64,000 bases of DNA from Psammoneis japonica. Its lineage: Eukaryota. This document shows, piece after piece, positions 14,156 through 27,200 of this stretch. Within the stretch, counting starts at the first letter, position 1. Each line of letters opens with the position of its first letter. A program made the position numbers and the translations under genes. The stretch is from the NCBI GenBank assembly GCA_008632985.1, contig QPGO01000119.1:1-64000 (forward strand), in the 5' to 3' direction. The notes beneath the pieces are model-generated. The model was not told the origin of the DNA, searched no databases, and was given only the letters and a program-made list of their open reading frames with translations.

Positions 14156-14649
14156 GACTAACGACTAAGACGATGATAGAGATGATTCACACAATAGAGA
14201 GAGCGTGTTGTTCGCCGCTTCAAGAACAGAAATCGCGTGTAAAAGCCCTAGGTTCCAAGAGGCAGGCGAGGTGCGCGGTCCGCCGTCGTCGTTCGTCGTG
14301 TGGCGCAAAAAACAAATTGATGACTTTGGGAGTCTGTCCGTGCTGGGTATCATTCATGGTGCGAGGTGGTGGTACAAGTACTGTTTTGGCTACCCGCGCT
14401 TTTCGGAGCAAGCTGGAAGCCCAATGCTCATGGACCTTCGTTTCTACTTTTGCAGTTGCTGACACTTTCACGTTTGATGCTTGTTTCATTTTGAATACCG
14501 ATGGATTCATCATTTGTTCTCGGCTTTGGTACTTGAGATGCTGAGGCCATTATTCTATAAATTAGAGTGGTACGAGTACCGATACATAGCCTTTTGTACA
14601 TCTGCCAATGACGGCGTCTAACTTGTACTATAGTTCTCATATTTTCTCA

Positions 14650-17574
14650 TCACTCGACTAGACTCTTTGGTACTCGTAGTCCCAATTCATCAAACACGGC
14701 ATGGAGTAATTTTTTTCTCGCTTCCGATTTGAGCTTTAATTGGTTTGTCGTGTAGGCCATGCTTAACCCCAACTCGGGAATTCCAACCACTATAGAACCA
14801 CCAAAGCCCGCATGACCAACTGAACGAACGACTGTTCCATCCTCCAACTCAACATTGTGCAATTGAAAGCCAAGACCAAAGGACGCTCCGGCATTGTCCA
14901 GCATGGCTGAGCCATTTCCAAGAGAAAATGCTGTTGTGCCATGTTGCGGAGTACGAGCTTCTTCCAAGCTCTGCCGAGAAAGAATTTTGTTTTCTTGCGA
15001 AACCAGGACATTCATTAGGGTCGCCAAGGCATGTGCAGACGCGTGACCATTGGCACTAGGAAGTTTGGACGATCGTACTTGTTTCATGTTGAATACCGAT
15101 GGATTCATCATTTGTTCTCGACCTTGGTACTTGGCCAACCGAGAAGCAGCTTTCTTCCTGGACGAAATTGTTTGCTTTGTTGTCTCTTCTTGTGCTGTAT
15201 TCGAGGCGGATCGCATATTGCGTGCAGTCAACACAGCAAGTCTCTCCATTTCAATCTCATCGGGAACCCCACCCATGTGCAGTTCATCCGATAATTCCAG
15301 CGGCTCGATCAAGTGCTTTTGCAAAAACTCTTCATAGGGTTCACCGGTAATCTCCTCTATCAGGCCACCAATGATCCAGGCAAACGACAAGTAGTGGTAA
15401 TGCGTCTCGGTACCCGGAACGTGATCTGGTACAGCGTCCTTGCTAGCGATAAAGTCCTTCATTTGCTTCCAGTCCGTCAGCACGTCAATCGAGACATTGT
15501 CGGGAGTTGCATTGGCCAATCCGGCCTGATGAGACAAGGCTTGTCGAATCGTAATGCGCTTTTTCTGGGGGTGAGACTCTCCAAAAGCTGGCCAGTACTT
15601 TGAAATGAAATCGTCAACAGATATGCCTCGTTGCTCCAACAGGACGAGGGCACCAGTCGCAAGCACAGCCTTGGAGACGGAAAATACATTGAATAGAGAC
15701 GAGGGAGTGACGGGTCTTGAATTTCCGGTTCCCAGTGTGCCGGCTGCCACATTGGCAATAATTTCGCCGTTGGAAATGACACAAAATTGCAAGCCTACAG
15801 CGTCACCACTCTCTAACAATTCCGATGCAACGTCTCGTATTCTCTTTTGAAGCTTGGTATTTAAGTATTCCACAGAAGGGTGAATCACGTCGGTAGCACG
15901 TTCGTGCTCTGGCACTGACTGACGGAGAGTCTCGCTGGCAGCGCTCGCCATGCACTCGAGATAAGGATACCGAACTTCAAGAGAGCTACACAGCCCTTTC
16001 AACATTGCTGTCACTCGGGTGAAAAAGATGAGTTCGGGAGGCCATGCGTCAACCGGATTCCTTAATTTCTGTCCCTTTTCAACTCCTTGGTCTATTCTCA
16101 AAGCTTCTTCTCTGAGTTTGCGCTCCTTGCTTCGTTCCTTGTTGGCAGCCGCCGCTTCTGATTGAGGAACGGGGTCCGAAAAGGACTTTTGCATCAAGGA
16201 CATGTCTTCAAAGGGATCATGTCGGTTCAATTTGAGGCCCATTTCTTCAAAGCTTTGCAAGAGGCCATCCACATCGGTTTCATATGCGGAATGAACAAGT
16301 TTGGAAAATGCAACCTTCATGTCGGGCGAAAACCGTTTTGTCAAACCAAAGTCCAGCAGCACCGGAACCGACATGTCTCCGTCCTTTTGATTTGTAGACA
16401 CCAAAATGTTTCCACTATGTGGATCTGCATTAAATGTCCCGAGCAAATGCATTTGAGCAGCCCATGATTGGCATACTCTTTCCAATAAGAGTCGTCGGTC
16501 CACATGGTACGTGTCGAGACTGTTCGTGTCGCGAATAGGATACCCTTGGCAATAGTCCATGACAAGCACCTTTTCCGTCACGAATCCATCCACAGTCTCT
16601 GGAACGATTGCTCGAATGCCTTCGTGTTGTAACACATCTTTGACGTCTCTCATGTTTATGGCTTCTTGCCGAAAGTCGAGTTCTTTTGTAACTTCCTTTG
16701 TATACTCCTCCACGACTGGGGTGTAATCAAGGTCGGGGTCAGACCTCGACAGCAAGTATAGAATTGTTCTAAGATTCTCCATGTCTTGAAGCATCAGTGA
16801 TGCCACCCCACGATGCTGTGCCTTGATTACAACTTGATGTCCATTGTTTAACGTGGCACGGTGCACTTGAGCCAAGGACGCTGTTGACAGTGGGGTAGGA
16901 TCAATGTCCTGTAGTATGTCGAGAGACTCGGGCGAGAGCTGCTCGTTTAGCGTTGCCATGACGTCTTGAAAAGGCTTGCTAGGCACTCCATCTTGTAGGC
17001 TCGAGAGAGTCGCCAAGTACTTACGCGGCATGACATCGGCACGAGTCGACAAGTACTGTCCGAGTTTGACCCAAAATCCTTGCAAGTGTTCAATCCCCTT
17101 TAGCAATTTCTTCGCGTTCCTTTCATGAGCATCATTCCACAGTTTAAGTATTTCTGGGTGATCATCATCCTCATCCGTGTCCATGGATAGTGCCAGTTTC
17201 TTTCGTAACCGCTTTTCCTTGTATTGAACAATCTTGTACGAAACAAACAATTGGCCGGCAAGCAGAAACACCCTTGTCCTACGACTCAGCTTTGACAGCA
17301 ACGACGGTTCATCTCGACGAGCCGTGGCGGAAACCTCTCTTGATGTCTGCATTTCTGGAATGAGGGTGATAGAATCCGCAGTAGGGCGGTTCATCGTGGC
17401 GCCAGTATTACAGCTGCTTGTTGTACTTGCTGTCTCCATCACAACAGAGCTGCAACGTTCGTTCTCGTGCGGATTTCTTGTAGTTTTTGCGTTTGTGTTT
17501 GTAGACAGTGACATGACTGCAGCGGCAACGGAAAACAAGATGAGAACTGCAGTGGTCAATCCCCGTGCAGCCAT
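14650..17574 (-). CDS. ABC1/UbiB atypical kinase fused to a serine beta-lactamase-like domain
   Basis: ABC1 motifs VKLGQYLSTRAD, ASLAQVHRA, ELDF..EA, NADPHSGN, LLDFGL, then beta-lactamase-fold motifs FSVSK (SxxK), LSHQAGL, YHY and GHAGFGG. Likely start ATG at 17574 before a hydrophobic leader. Confidence 0.9.
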   Translation of the reverse strand: MAARGLTTAVLILFSVAAAVMSLSTNTNAKTTRNPHENERCSSVVMETASTTSSCNTGATMNRPTADSITLIPEMQTSREVSATARRDEPSLLSKLSRRTRVFLLAGQLFVSYKIVQYKEKRLRKKLALSMDTDEDDDHPEILKLWNDAHERNAKKLLKGIEHLQGFWVKLGQYLSTRADVMPRKYLATLSSLQDGVPSKPFQDVMATLNEQLSPESLDILQDIDPTPLSTASLAQVHRATLNNGHQVVIKAQHRGVASLMLQDMENLRTILYLLSRSDPDLDYTPVVEEYTKEVTKELDFRQEAINMRDVKDVLQHEGIRAIVPETVDGFVTEKVLVMDYCQGYPIRDTNSLDTYHVDRRLLLERVCQSWAAQMHLLGTFNADPHSGNILVSTNQKDGDMSVPVLLDFGLTKRFSPDMKVAFSKLVHSAYETDVDGLLQSFEEMGLKLNRHDPFEDMSLMQKSFSDPVPQSEAAAANKERSKERKLREEALRIDQGVEKGQKLRNPVDAWPPELIFFTRVTAMLKGLCSSLEVRYPYLECMASAASETLRQSVPEHERATDVIHPSVEYLNTKLQKRIRDVASELLESGDAVGLQFCVISNGEIIANVAAGTLGTGNSRPVTPSSLFNVFSVSKAVLATGALVLLEQRGISVDDFISKYWPAFGESHPQKKRITIRQALSHQAGLANATPDNVSIDVLTDWKQMKDFIASKDAVPDHVPGTETHYHYLSFAWIIGGLIEEITGEPYEEFLQKHLIEPLELSDELHMGGVPDEIEMERLAVLTARNMRSASNTAQEETTKQTISSRKKAASRLAKYQGREQMMNPSVFNMKQVRSSKLPSANGHASAHALATLMNVLVSQENKILSRQSLEEARTPQHGTTAFSLGNGSAMLDNAGASFGLGFQLHNVELEDGTVVRSVGHAGFGGSIVVGIPELGLSMAYTTNQLKLKSEARKKLLHAVFDELGLRVPKSLVE

Positions 17575-17847
17575 GGTGGAAGGACTGGCGCATCGTTGCA
17601 AAATGCCTTCATCCCATGCATCATCTCTTGATCCGTCCCATGCACTTCCTTCCTCACACTGTTCGAAAGCGACAACCACGTGGTGGGAAAGAAAAACGCC
17701 ACCCACCCATGATGATGACGTCACGAAATGTCTTTGCCCGCCCGCCGACCGCGCCGACCGGCACCGCAGCGTCTCGGCCGCCGGCCCGCGAACTGCAAAG
17801 GGATGATCTATCTTGCAGAGAAGTGCGTTCCTTGCCATGGACAACTA

Positions 17848-18549
17848 ACTCTCCGACCACCAGAACCTCAAGTTGCTCATGCTGGTTCACATGAAGTCCA
17901 TTCTTGTGCACTGCAACTCCCCAAAGGACCAAAACTTCAGCTCAGCAAAGAGCCCCAGAGCTTCTGCAAAGAACTGCTGAAAAATGCTTGTTCTCTGCCC
18001 TTGTTCTCCAAAGCTGGAGTGCGGCAAAGGGCCCTCTTTCTTCTTGCACTTTTTTGCCCCCCTGGAACAAGCCAGAGTTGGGAGCAATGATTGCAGTGCC
18101 AGAAATGTTGCATCTCAAGAAGAAAATGATGCTGGCTGCCCCGCTGAGACCCTCGGCTGTTGAAAAAATGTGTGTGCACATGCAGCCCAGAGCAGCTGAG
18201 ATCTTTGAAAACACACAAGCATCAAACATTGCTCAGCAGGCACATGATGTTCAAGCATTGCAGTTGAGCCCATGACCGCCAGCCACACCAAAATTTCCAG
18301 CGCCGGCAGCCAGCTTTTTTGATCGCCTCTGGACAGCTTCCACTCCCAAAGCATCTTGTGCAGCAGAAATGTTCGCACAGGTGAGAGAATCAGTCAGAGT
18401 CAACTGAGGATGCAAGAAGATGCCATTCACCTTTCCACCACTGGGAATCACCACCTTGGAAGGCAATGTCTCGAAACAGCTGCTCACTCCATCGCGCGCC
18501 CAGCCACGCCGAGCGAACACTTTCTGTGCGAAACATTCCGTTGAATTCG
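17848..18549. other. ~700-bp TpA-free intergenic block (probable decayed repeat)
   Basis: No TA dinucleotide found by eye between 17848 and 18549; rich in TG/CA; no recognisable product. Confidence 0.65.
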
Positions 18550-18740
18550 TAAATCCCGGTATGAAAATTTTTAAATATTGTATTCTGAAATATTTGAAGG
18601 GCGAAGAATGAAGATCGCAAGATCGATCGTGTGAATGAAGAAGAAGCCACTCGTTTATGAATATCATCAATGGTATTGGTGTTGCCGTCATCATCGCATC
18701 TCACAACTCAAACATAAGAAGCAACAGTTCAGGGCCAACC

Positions 18741-21700
18741 ATGGCCGACGACGAAGAACCCAAGAAACAGGCGGGCACGTCGTTGCTTGTGGGTGACATG
18801 CCTCAAGTAGACGACATCGTCAAGAATGAGGCTGAGGAGAATGCTCAAGAGCTTGCGGAAGAAGATGCAGCAGCAACTGCTTTAGTCGCCAGTAAGACTG
18901 AAGATGCAATCATGGAGATGAGCGAGGAAATCAGTGCTGAAGAGGCCATTGCCATGGAGGAAGCCAACGTGAGCAAGAGCGAGGCTACGGGTCGTCCTGT
19001 CGTCCACCGTCCTAGAGACAAGAATGACTTTTCTGAGTTGGTGCTAAGTTTTGATAACATCGTTGTTCACGTGCCCGAGAAGAAGAAAAAGCAATGCTGC
19101 AAGTGCATTGACAACCCTATTAGGACCTTTTCTCAAGAGTACATGGGCGTGGGTGTGGCGGAAGCTGACGCTTTTTATTCTTTAGACTTGGCGTCTGGAT
19201 ATCTCCGTACGGGTGAAATGTGCTTGGTGCTGGGTTCTAGCGATGTGGCTAAATCAACCTTGCTACGCTTTTTGTGTGGCCGTTTAAACGTTTCAGACGA
19301 AGTTTCGGGTTCGCTCTTGCTGAATGGAATGCCTCTGGGTCGATCTAATCAGGGTTGGCGGAGAATGACTCCCTACGTTGCGGCGAGTGATAGTTCTCAT
19401 GCACCCGTCTTGACGGTACGAGAGACCTTTACCTTTGCGGCACAATGTACGTCAGATGGAAAGCAGAACCCTCAAGCCATTCAAGATGAAGTAGACAGAC
19501 TTATGCAAGTTTTGGGATTGGACCACGTTGCCGATACGGTGGTGGGCGACGAAAACTTGCGCGGTGTCAGTGGCGGACAGAAACGCCGAGTTACGGTGGG
19601 CGAAATGTTGACTGATCCCGGGAGCCGCTTCTTTTGTCTAGAAAACATCACCGACGGACTGGCTTCTACGGATTCCATGAAGATTATTGATGCATTGGCC
19701 AAGGCGTGTCGCAAGTACGAGCTTGGTGGCTTTGTGTCACTCTTGCAGCCTTCTGATGAGATTGTTTCTCTCTTTGACAAGCTTATGGTCCTCACCGCCA
19801 ACGGAGAAATGTCTTACTTTGGTCCCATTGATGTCGATACTCTTCGTACCATCTTCTTGGGACCTGATGTTTCTGCCGATGTTGATCATGGTTCCATCTG
19901 CGACCTCGTCTTGAGTCAACCAGACGACTCGGCTGTAGTCAAGAGATTCCGAGACTCGGAAACCTATAAGGATCTTGTCAATGACCTGACCATGATTCGG
20001 AGCCAAGCCCCACCCGCCCGTGACCGCAACGTTGACTTGCTTCTACCAGACAAAAAGTACTCTACGAGTCGCTCGTACCAGTTCCGTATCCTTGCTCGTC
20101 GTAAGCTCAAGCTCATTGCACGCAATGCCATTACATGGACTCGCGTCATTATTGCCATTGTTTTCGGAATAATCATTGGTTCCCTCTTTTCCGTGCTCAA
20201 GAATGACCTTGCGGGATCCTTGGCAAGGACGGGGTATTTGTTTCTCAACAGTTTCTTGGTTCTCATGTTGAGTTCCGCGATTACCATTCCGGATGCCTTT
20301 CGTCAGCGTGTCACGCTCTTCAAACACCGATCCGCCGAGTTCTTCTCTGGTCGGGTGGCTTATCTTGTTCAGATCTTTTTGGACATGCCTTTGTCTATCC
20401 TTGAAGCGTTCCTTTTGGCGTCCATATCCTACTACTGGGTTGGTACGTGCTGTCTTTTTGGGATCTGTTTTTACTTGATTTGATGACTTTTCCTTATGTT
20501 GCTTTCCTTTTTTTTTTTGCTTGCCGCAGAAATGAATCCAGGAGCAGACAACTTCTTTTACTTTGTCGGTGCACTAATTGGTCTCGAATGCGTTGGGCAA
20601 TCATACGCCCGACTGCTCAGTGCACTGATTCGAAAACAGGTGTCTGCCTCTGCGGTCTCCTCCATTAGTATCTTGATCTGCGCCACTGTTGGCGGTTTCA
20701 TGCCAAACTACGAAAGCATACCGTGGGTGCTGCGCTGGTTATCATGGTTGACGCCGGTTTCGTACGCGTTTGAAGGTCTCATGATTAACGAGTTTGCTGG
20801 AAGGCAAATTCAAGGAATCAGCCTGGTTGCAGAAAACGGAGAGGCGACCGACGGAAGTTTCACGGGAGAGGCGTGGCTCAACATGTACAACTTACCCCGT
20901 GCCGCGTGGGGGAGCCTCACGTCCATCAAGATCTTTGATTTGTTCATGCTGTTTGTGTTTGCGGTCGTTTACGACTTCTTTGGCTTCTACTACGTGGAGC
21001 ACACCAGAGGGTGGAGCTCCAATGAATCTCGTAGGCCTCAGTCAAGGGTTCGCTCTGATTATCTCAAAGCTGGCGCAAGTGGAACCAAGGGGTCGTCTCA
21101 TACGTCGTCTTTTGGAGATGTCCCTGATGGTGAGGCACAAGACCCTCAAAAACATAGTTTCCCTGAAACCCTCGCTGTTAGGAACCTGGTCTACACGGTC
21201 CCTCTTAAACGGAAAAAGAAGTGGACCGTCCATTCCATAGTTTCACCGTGCCTCGTCCGTTTGTCTGGGAAGGAAATGGAAAAGGTCAAGGAGGACGAGC
21301 CATCCGAGCTTACGTTGTTGAACGACGTCGATGCCTGCTTTCGTCGCGGCAGAATGACAGCTCTAATGGGTCCATCGGGGTGTGGTATGTTTTCGGCGTT
21401 TACCTATTTCAGGCTTTCCACCACTTTTTGTTCGCATATCTCACTCATGTAAACTGTCTCCCGATCCTTTAGGAAAAACCACGCTTATGGATGTGATTGC
21501 TGGCTACAAAACGGGAGGAAAGATCTCCGGTGACATTTTGATTGACGGGCAACCAAAGAACGACGCAGTATGGAAGAAACTAGCGGGATATGCTGAGCAG
21601 GTCCGTAGTTGTAGCTGCTTGGTGCTGATTAATTTTCCTCTGCGTCACTGCTTGTTCACTTCTCACGGACGATTCATTCTTCTTGCGCTCGCAATTTAGT

Positions 21701-24050
21701 TGGACATTCTCAATCCGTATCTCTCCGTCATGGAAACGCTCCGTTTTACGGCTATCTGTCGTTTGTCGCTGGCAGGTGATATCGACGGTGTTGTCGACGA
21801 AGTGATCCGCCTGATGGGACTCGAATCATGGACCGATATGATTATTGGGCGGGAACGGGAGGGCGAAGGTTTGCCGAAGCATGCTCGTAAGCGTTTGACT
21901 ATTGCAGTTCAGCTGGTTGGACAGCCACGTATCCTCTTCTTGGATGAGCCGACGACTGGGTTGGGGACAACGGACGCATCGCGAGTCATTAAGGCAATCC
22001 GTCGTTCCACTGATCACTTCGGACTCATTACCCTTGCAACCATTCATCAACCGTCCATGCGTACATGGGGCTCTTTTGATGACGTTCTTCTGCTTACAAA
22101 GGGCGGGAGAGTTGCTTACATGGGAGAAATGGGGCCTCATTCTCAGTCGGTTCTATCGCACTTTGCTTCTGTTTCAAAGAAGGAGCCCCCGACGTCATGC
22201 AACCCAGCAGATTTTGTTTTGGAGTGCCTCACTTCTGTCTCGATTGATACTTCAGTCGCTGCGTTCGAGACGTCGCCTGAGAAGGAAGATATGACAAAGC
22301 AGATTGAAGGCGCCATCGGGATGGATAAGACGAATATGGAGCTCCCCGACACGGGGCGTGCTATTAGCCCATTCATGGAGGTGTTCATGCTTTTCAAACG
22401 ACACATCATCACCCAATGGCGAAACCCAAGTAAGCATGAAGGACTTTTTAGGAACAAGTATGAAGGATCGCTTTGCCCTTTTCTTATGCTCAGGTTGTGC
22501 CTTTTGTTCAATCTTACAGGTTATTCATTCATGCGCCTAATTTGTTGCGTTGGGTCGTCAATCTATATGGGGTGAGAGCTGTGCTTGCGCGTATGGATGC
22601 ACGAAATGTTGTTTCCCGGTGCCTTACTTCTTTTCATGATTTCTCTTTGCCGCCAGGATCCTCTTCTTTGGCAATAAGACGGATAGCATTTCGGGAGCGG
22701 TGTCTTCCATTGGCGCTGTTTTCTTTTTTGTGTTCATCCTTGTCATTCCAATGCAGGCGGGAGTAATTCCTCTTGTGGAAGACCGAGCTGTCCTCTACAG
22801 AGAAACTGTGTCCGGCATATACTCTAGATTCTCGTATGGGCTTGGCATGTTATTGGCGGATATTCCTTTCCACATGCTGAATGCAGGCCTCATGTTCGTG
22901 TCGTTCTACTATCTCGTTGACTTTGGTCGCGATGGGAATCGAGAAGGTTACTTCGTATTGATGACTTTTATTGCAAATTTTGTCATAATGAGTCTTGGAC
23001 AGTTATATGCATTGGCGACCCCTAACGAAGAAAGCGCAAACGGAGTAGCTGGATTAACCATCATTCTATCAGTCATTCTCATGGGTTTCTTGATCACTGT
23101 CGATTCGATGCCTAACGGATGGGTCTGGGGTGAGTCATGCCACGGCTAGCCTTCCATTTCTTCCACTTCTCGATTTTGTATCTAACTGGTTGCCCGTGAC
23201 ATGAAATGCAGCGTATTGGACCAACTTGTTAAGATATATGCTCCAAGGTCTTGTGACGAATGAGCTTGCTGGCACCACGTACAAAGTTGATTTGAGCCCG
23301 CTACTACCGAATGTGACAGGACTTTCTGGAGCTAGTGCCCCATCGCAACTCGTGGTGTACGGACCCGGCATTGAACCAGCCTCTGACGCAACGGCGCAGC
23401 AAGCGTCGTCATTTCTTGGCTTGGTCTCGCAAACTGGAGGTGGCGTGAATACCCAAAGTTCCCTTGAAGACTTGGGAATTCTTATGGACTGCTTGATTAC
23501 GAACGAGTGTTTGTTGGATCCTGTTCTTCCTAATTTGTTCACGTGTGTTATGTTCAATCCTATCCCCGGCCGCGATCCGGTGTGCAAAGATGAGTTTGAA
23601 AAAGGTACGGAAGGTCTGAACCTGACCGAAATTGTCACGTGCTTTGACGAGCCGGACAATAGCACAGACACAATCGAGTCGAATGGAAGGCCGACGAGCT
23701 TTACGCTTGATACATTCAACGCTCTCGCGGACGACGACCAGCTTGACTTGATTTTATGCTTGCTTCGAGCTGTCTTGCCCCCCGACCTGGTCGCCGCCAT
23801 TGAATCACTCATCAAGTTTCTTGAGGACAACTTCGACATCATTATCGAAATCATAGACATCATTCAGAACGGCCTTCAGCTTCCAGGGGAGCTGATTCTT
23901 TACTTTTTCGGCTGGGCAGAATTTCAGGATGGTGAACTCGTCGCTCCTTGGAAATGGTGGTACTGCATGAGTAGTGTCGCCATATTTTGGGCAGGAATCG
24001 AGTCTCTCAAGATCCTCGCGGTAACCTTTGTTGTCTGGATTACTCGTTGA
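18741..24050 (+). CDS. Full-size ABCG/PDR-type transporter (NBD-TMD-NBD-TMD), multi-exon
   Basis: NBD1 with [24 protein letters not shown]1; NBD2 with [20 protein letters not shown] and [14 protein letters not shown]2 with RAVLYRE. Several short GT-AG introns. Confidence 0.92.
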
Positions 24051-24239
24051 TCCTTAATCAAAGGGATCTGTCGCTGCTGGTGGATGTTGAATGTGGCTTG
24101 TGAAATTTGTAAATGGCGAAAGCGATGTTAGTTGTTTGTGTGCGGCGCGCGGTTGGTCTTTTGCGTCGAACGGGATTGATTGTTCGTTGGCTCGCTGTGC
24201 TGCATAAGCTGAGAAATGTTAAGTACTTAAATGAATGAT

Positions 24240-27200
24240 CATCCCGTTTCTTCGATTGGCACGGCGAGACGTGTCATCGGTCCTACTCTCAATTCTTCAC
24301 CTGAGCGGGAGCCTTTGCGGTGATCACTGTCCTCACTTAGTGTCAGGTGGGCGCCCAACCGACCACAGGGCCGTGCCGACAGTGCCCAGCAGCATTGTGG
24401 GCACTGTGGAGTCAACACTGTGCAGCTTGAATGAGGACACCACACGGGAGCACCCAGAGCCAGTGTCGGGTGAGTGACAGGGTCCAGACCACCTGGCTCT
24501 GCGCAGCATTGCATCATGCAGCGTAACCTGTGCACCTTGCACCCCTGTGTTCAAGGGAAATAACTCTGTCCAGCAAGCATGATCAGCTGTTGTCAAACAA
24601 CTTGCCTTCTGCTCACCGGCAATGCCCTCTCTCAACTCATCCATTGTTGCACGTGTCTTTCTAGACAGAGATGTGCTCAGAAGCCAAAAAATGAATGGAA
24701 AAGGGTTCTGCTTCGGAAAGAGTTCATTTGCATGACACGACTCATCTCTGCGGCAACAAGTTGGTTTTTGTTAGAATGTTGCTGATCATGTGGCAAGTGC
24801 AAATTTGGGTTTTGGGTTTGCCCATTGTGAGTGACTGGTTTTCGTCACCCCCCAGTGAAAAAACTCAGCTGAAGTAATGTTTTGACTCATGTGAGGCAAA
24901 CACCTCAACACATGATTTTTGGCACCCTGTGCAAAAACCACTGTGGCTCTCTCCTCTCTTGTCATCTCATTTCCGATGACTTCCAGCTCTGAACAGGACC
25001 TTCTTGCACTGCTTGACTGCAGTGTGAGAGGTTTTTGGTCATGAGCTGCATGATGTCATGCAAGTGCACTCCTGCATGTGCTCTCTTCCGCAAATTTGTT
25101 TCATGCTCCTGTTTTGTGAATCCAGTGGCTTTTTGTTCTGCCCATTTGCAAAAACAAAAATCAGCTGGGTGCTTGTGTTCTTTGATGTCCGCAGAGAACA
25201 CACCACAGCAAACTGGAAATGATGCACTGCCAAGATGAAAAAGGAGACATGACCACAAAATTGCCTCTTTTCTGTTGGCAACAATGTGCATGTTCATTGG
25301 TTCACCACCACCAAATTTTGCTGCAGAGCTCACACAGTGTGCCAAAGTCTGATGGAGTCTCGCCCAGAGCTGGAACACCTCCTCCACTTCTCAACTTGTT
25401 CAGTGCTCAAAACCTCACTCCATCCTTTTGTTTGCCAGCAGCTTCCCGGCCATTCTCAAGCAGAGTGGTGCATCAGTTTGTGGCTGAAACAGAGTGTGGG
25501 GAGCTGGCTCCTAGACCAGCAGCCAAAAAAGAGAACAAGTGAAACAAAAAAGGCTGGGGTCACCCCAGTGCTGTGTGGGGCCAGTGCTCCATGGTGCACA
25601 GTTTGTTTTGTTGTGCTTTGCAGATGGCATGCCCAAGATGATGCCCATGCAAAGGCAGTGCCAACAGACATTGTGTGCTGGTTGTGGCACCATGCAACAC
25701 TCAAATTTCAAAATGTGCAAGCTCATGATGAACTTTGTCAATGACGTCACAAGTGCTCATGCATGCTTTGCTCATCAGACTTTGAGAATGATGAGTCAGG
25801 GATGGTTGTTGAACCACTTGTTTGAGCAAGCCACCACTTGGCAAGCAAAGTTGTTGAACCCACTTGACTCGAATCTGGCGTGATAAAAAAAAACAGCCAG
25901 AGAGTTTGCACCCCTGCCAGAAAGAGAGAAATGCCCAAGATGAGAGCACTGTTGGTCTCCCACTTTGTAAAACTAAAATCCAATGTCTTGTGAGGTGTGA
26001 CTGGCTTGCATTGTTTGTGGCGCAGGGGATGCTGTGAGTGCTGGAGGGATGAATTTCAACAATGCATGACTCTGTGGCCAACACAACCCTCTGCTTGTCC
26101 CCAAAAGTTGTCAGGAACTTCACATTGGTGTGATGCAAGTCTGCTGGAAATGCATTTTGGCAAAAAATGTTGGCTTCCCAGTTGGGCTCGTGAAAGCATG
26201 GCATTGGGCCTCATCGCAGCAGCACTCGGTCAGAGGGAGCTTCAGCACATGGGTCCTGGATGACCCTTCTCAATTGAAATGGAAGGCTCCATGTGAAACT
26301 GGTTGACAGCATCCATTGTTTTCAGTGCCTTGACCTCCCACGTGGATGCGTCGACTGCAGCAACGGGACCCGCAGCCTCTGACAATCATTTGGGCAAGTT
26401 TTCTCTCAGCTTCTTCAGACTGTCTGTGCCAAACTTCTTTGAAGGTCTCAAGGAAGGCGACAAGCTTTTCCCTCCCATCTTGAATGACAAAAGAGGTCCA
26501 ATCAGGCAGTGCAACAAGTTGACAGGGTCAAAGAGTGGCGTTTTTGTCATGACATTGCTCTGTCGGGCGAAAGAAAGACATTTTTGCTTTGGCCGCAGAT
26601 TTTGCTTGTTCCATCTTTGTGGCACATCATTGCATTCATTCATGAATGAAGTGGGTGCCTGCGTGGAAATCCTTTCTGGCACAGCTTTGCCGATCATTCC
26701 CGAAGTGAAGAATCAAGAATTGACCGAACAATCATCTTGGGAATGGGGCCCCAGCAATGCCATGCTCTCTGCATTAGAGAGAGAGAGAAAGAGCACTGAG
26801 CAAAGTTGTCAAAAGTTGCAATGAACTGCAAAGAGCATGATCCAAGCAATCTTCGCAACATTGCTCGCTCATGACAATGAGTTGTTGCATTTGCGCAAGC
26901 AAACAGAGACACTCTCGTCGTCAAGCATGTTCTTTGTTGTGTGAGAGCACACCACCACCCTGTTCAACACAATGGCCATGGGCTTGCAATGAAAAAGCTC
27001 GTTTTTGCATTGCTGACATCATGCCTTTTTCTTTTTGTTTTCGGAAATAACATGAGTGGTGCCCAAGCCTGTGACAACACCGACCGGTCGGCTGTTCATC
27101 TTGGGGAGCAAAGGAAAACAATGGTTGACGAGCAAAAACAAGTCATGACCCAAGACGTTGTTGCTTAACCCGTTCGCCACGAAAACAACAGGCGCTTGAA

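Noticed and set aside
17575..17844. 90-aa N-terminal extension of ORF 14650-17844
   Set aside because: Low-information sequence running into the TA-free block, where stops are scarce; the ATG at 17574 precedes a plausible leader.
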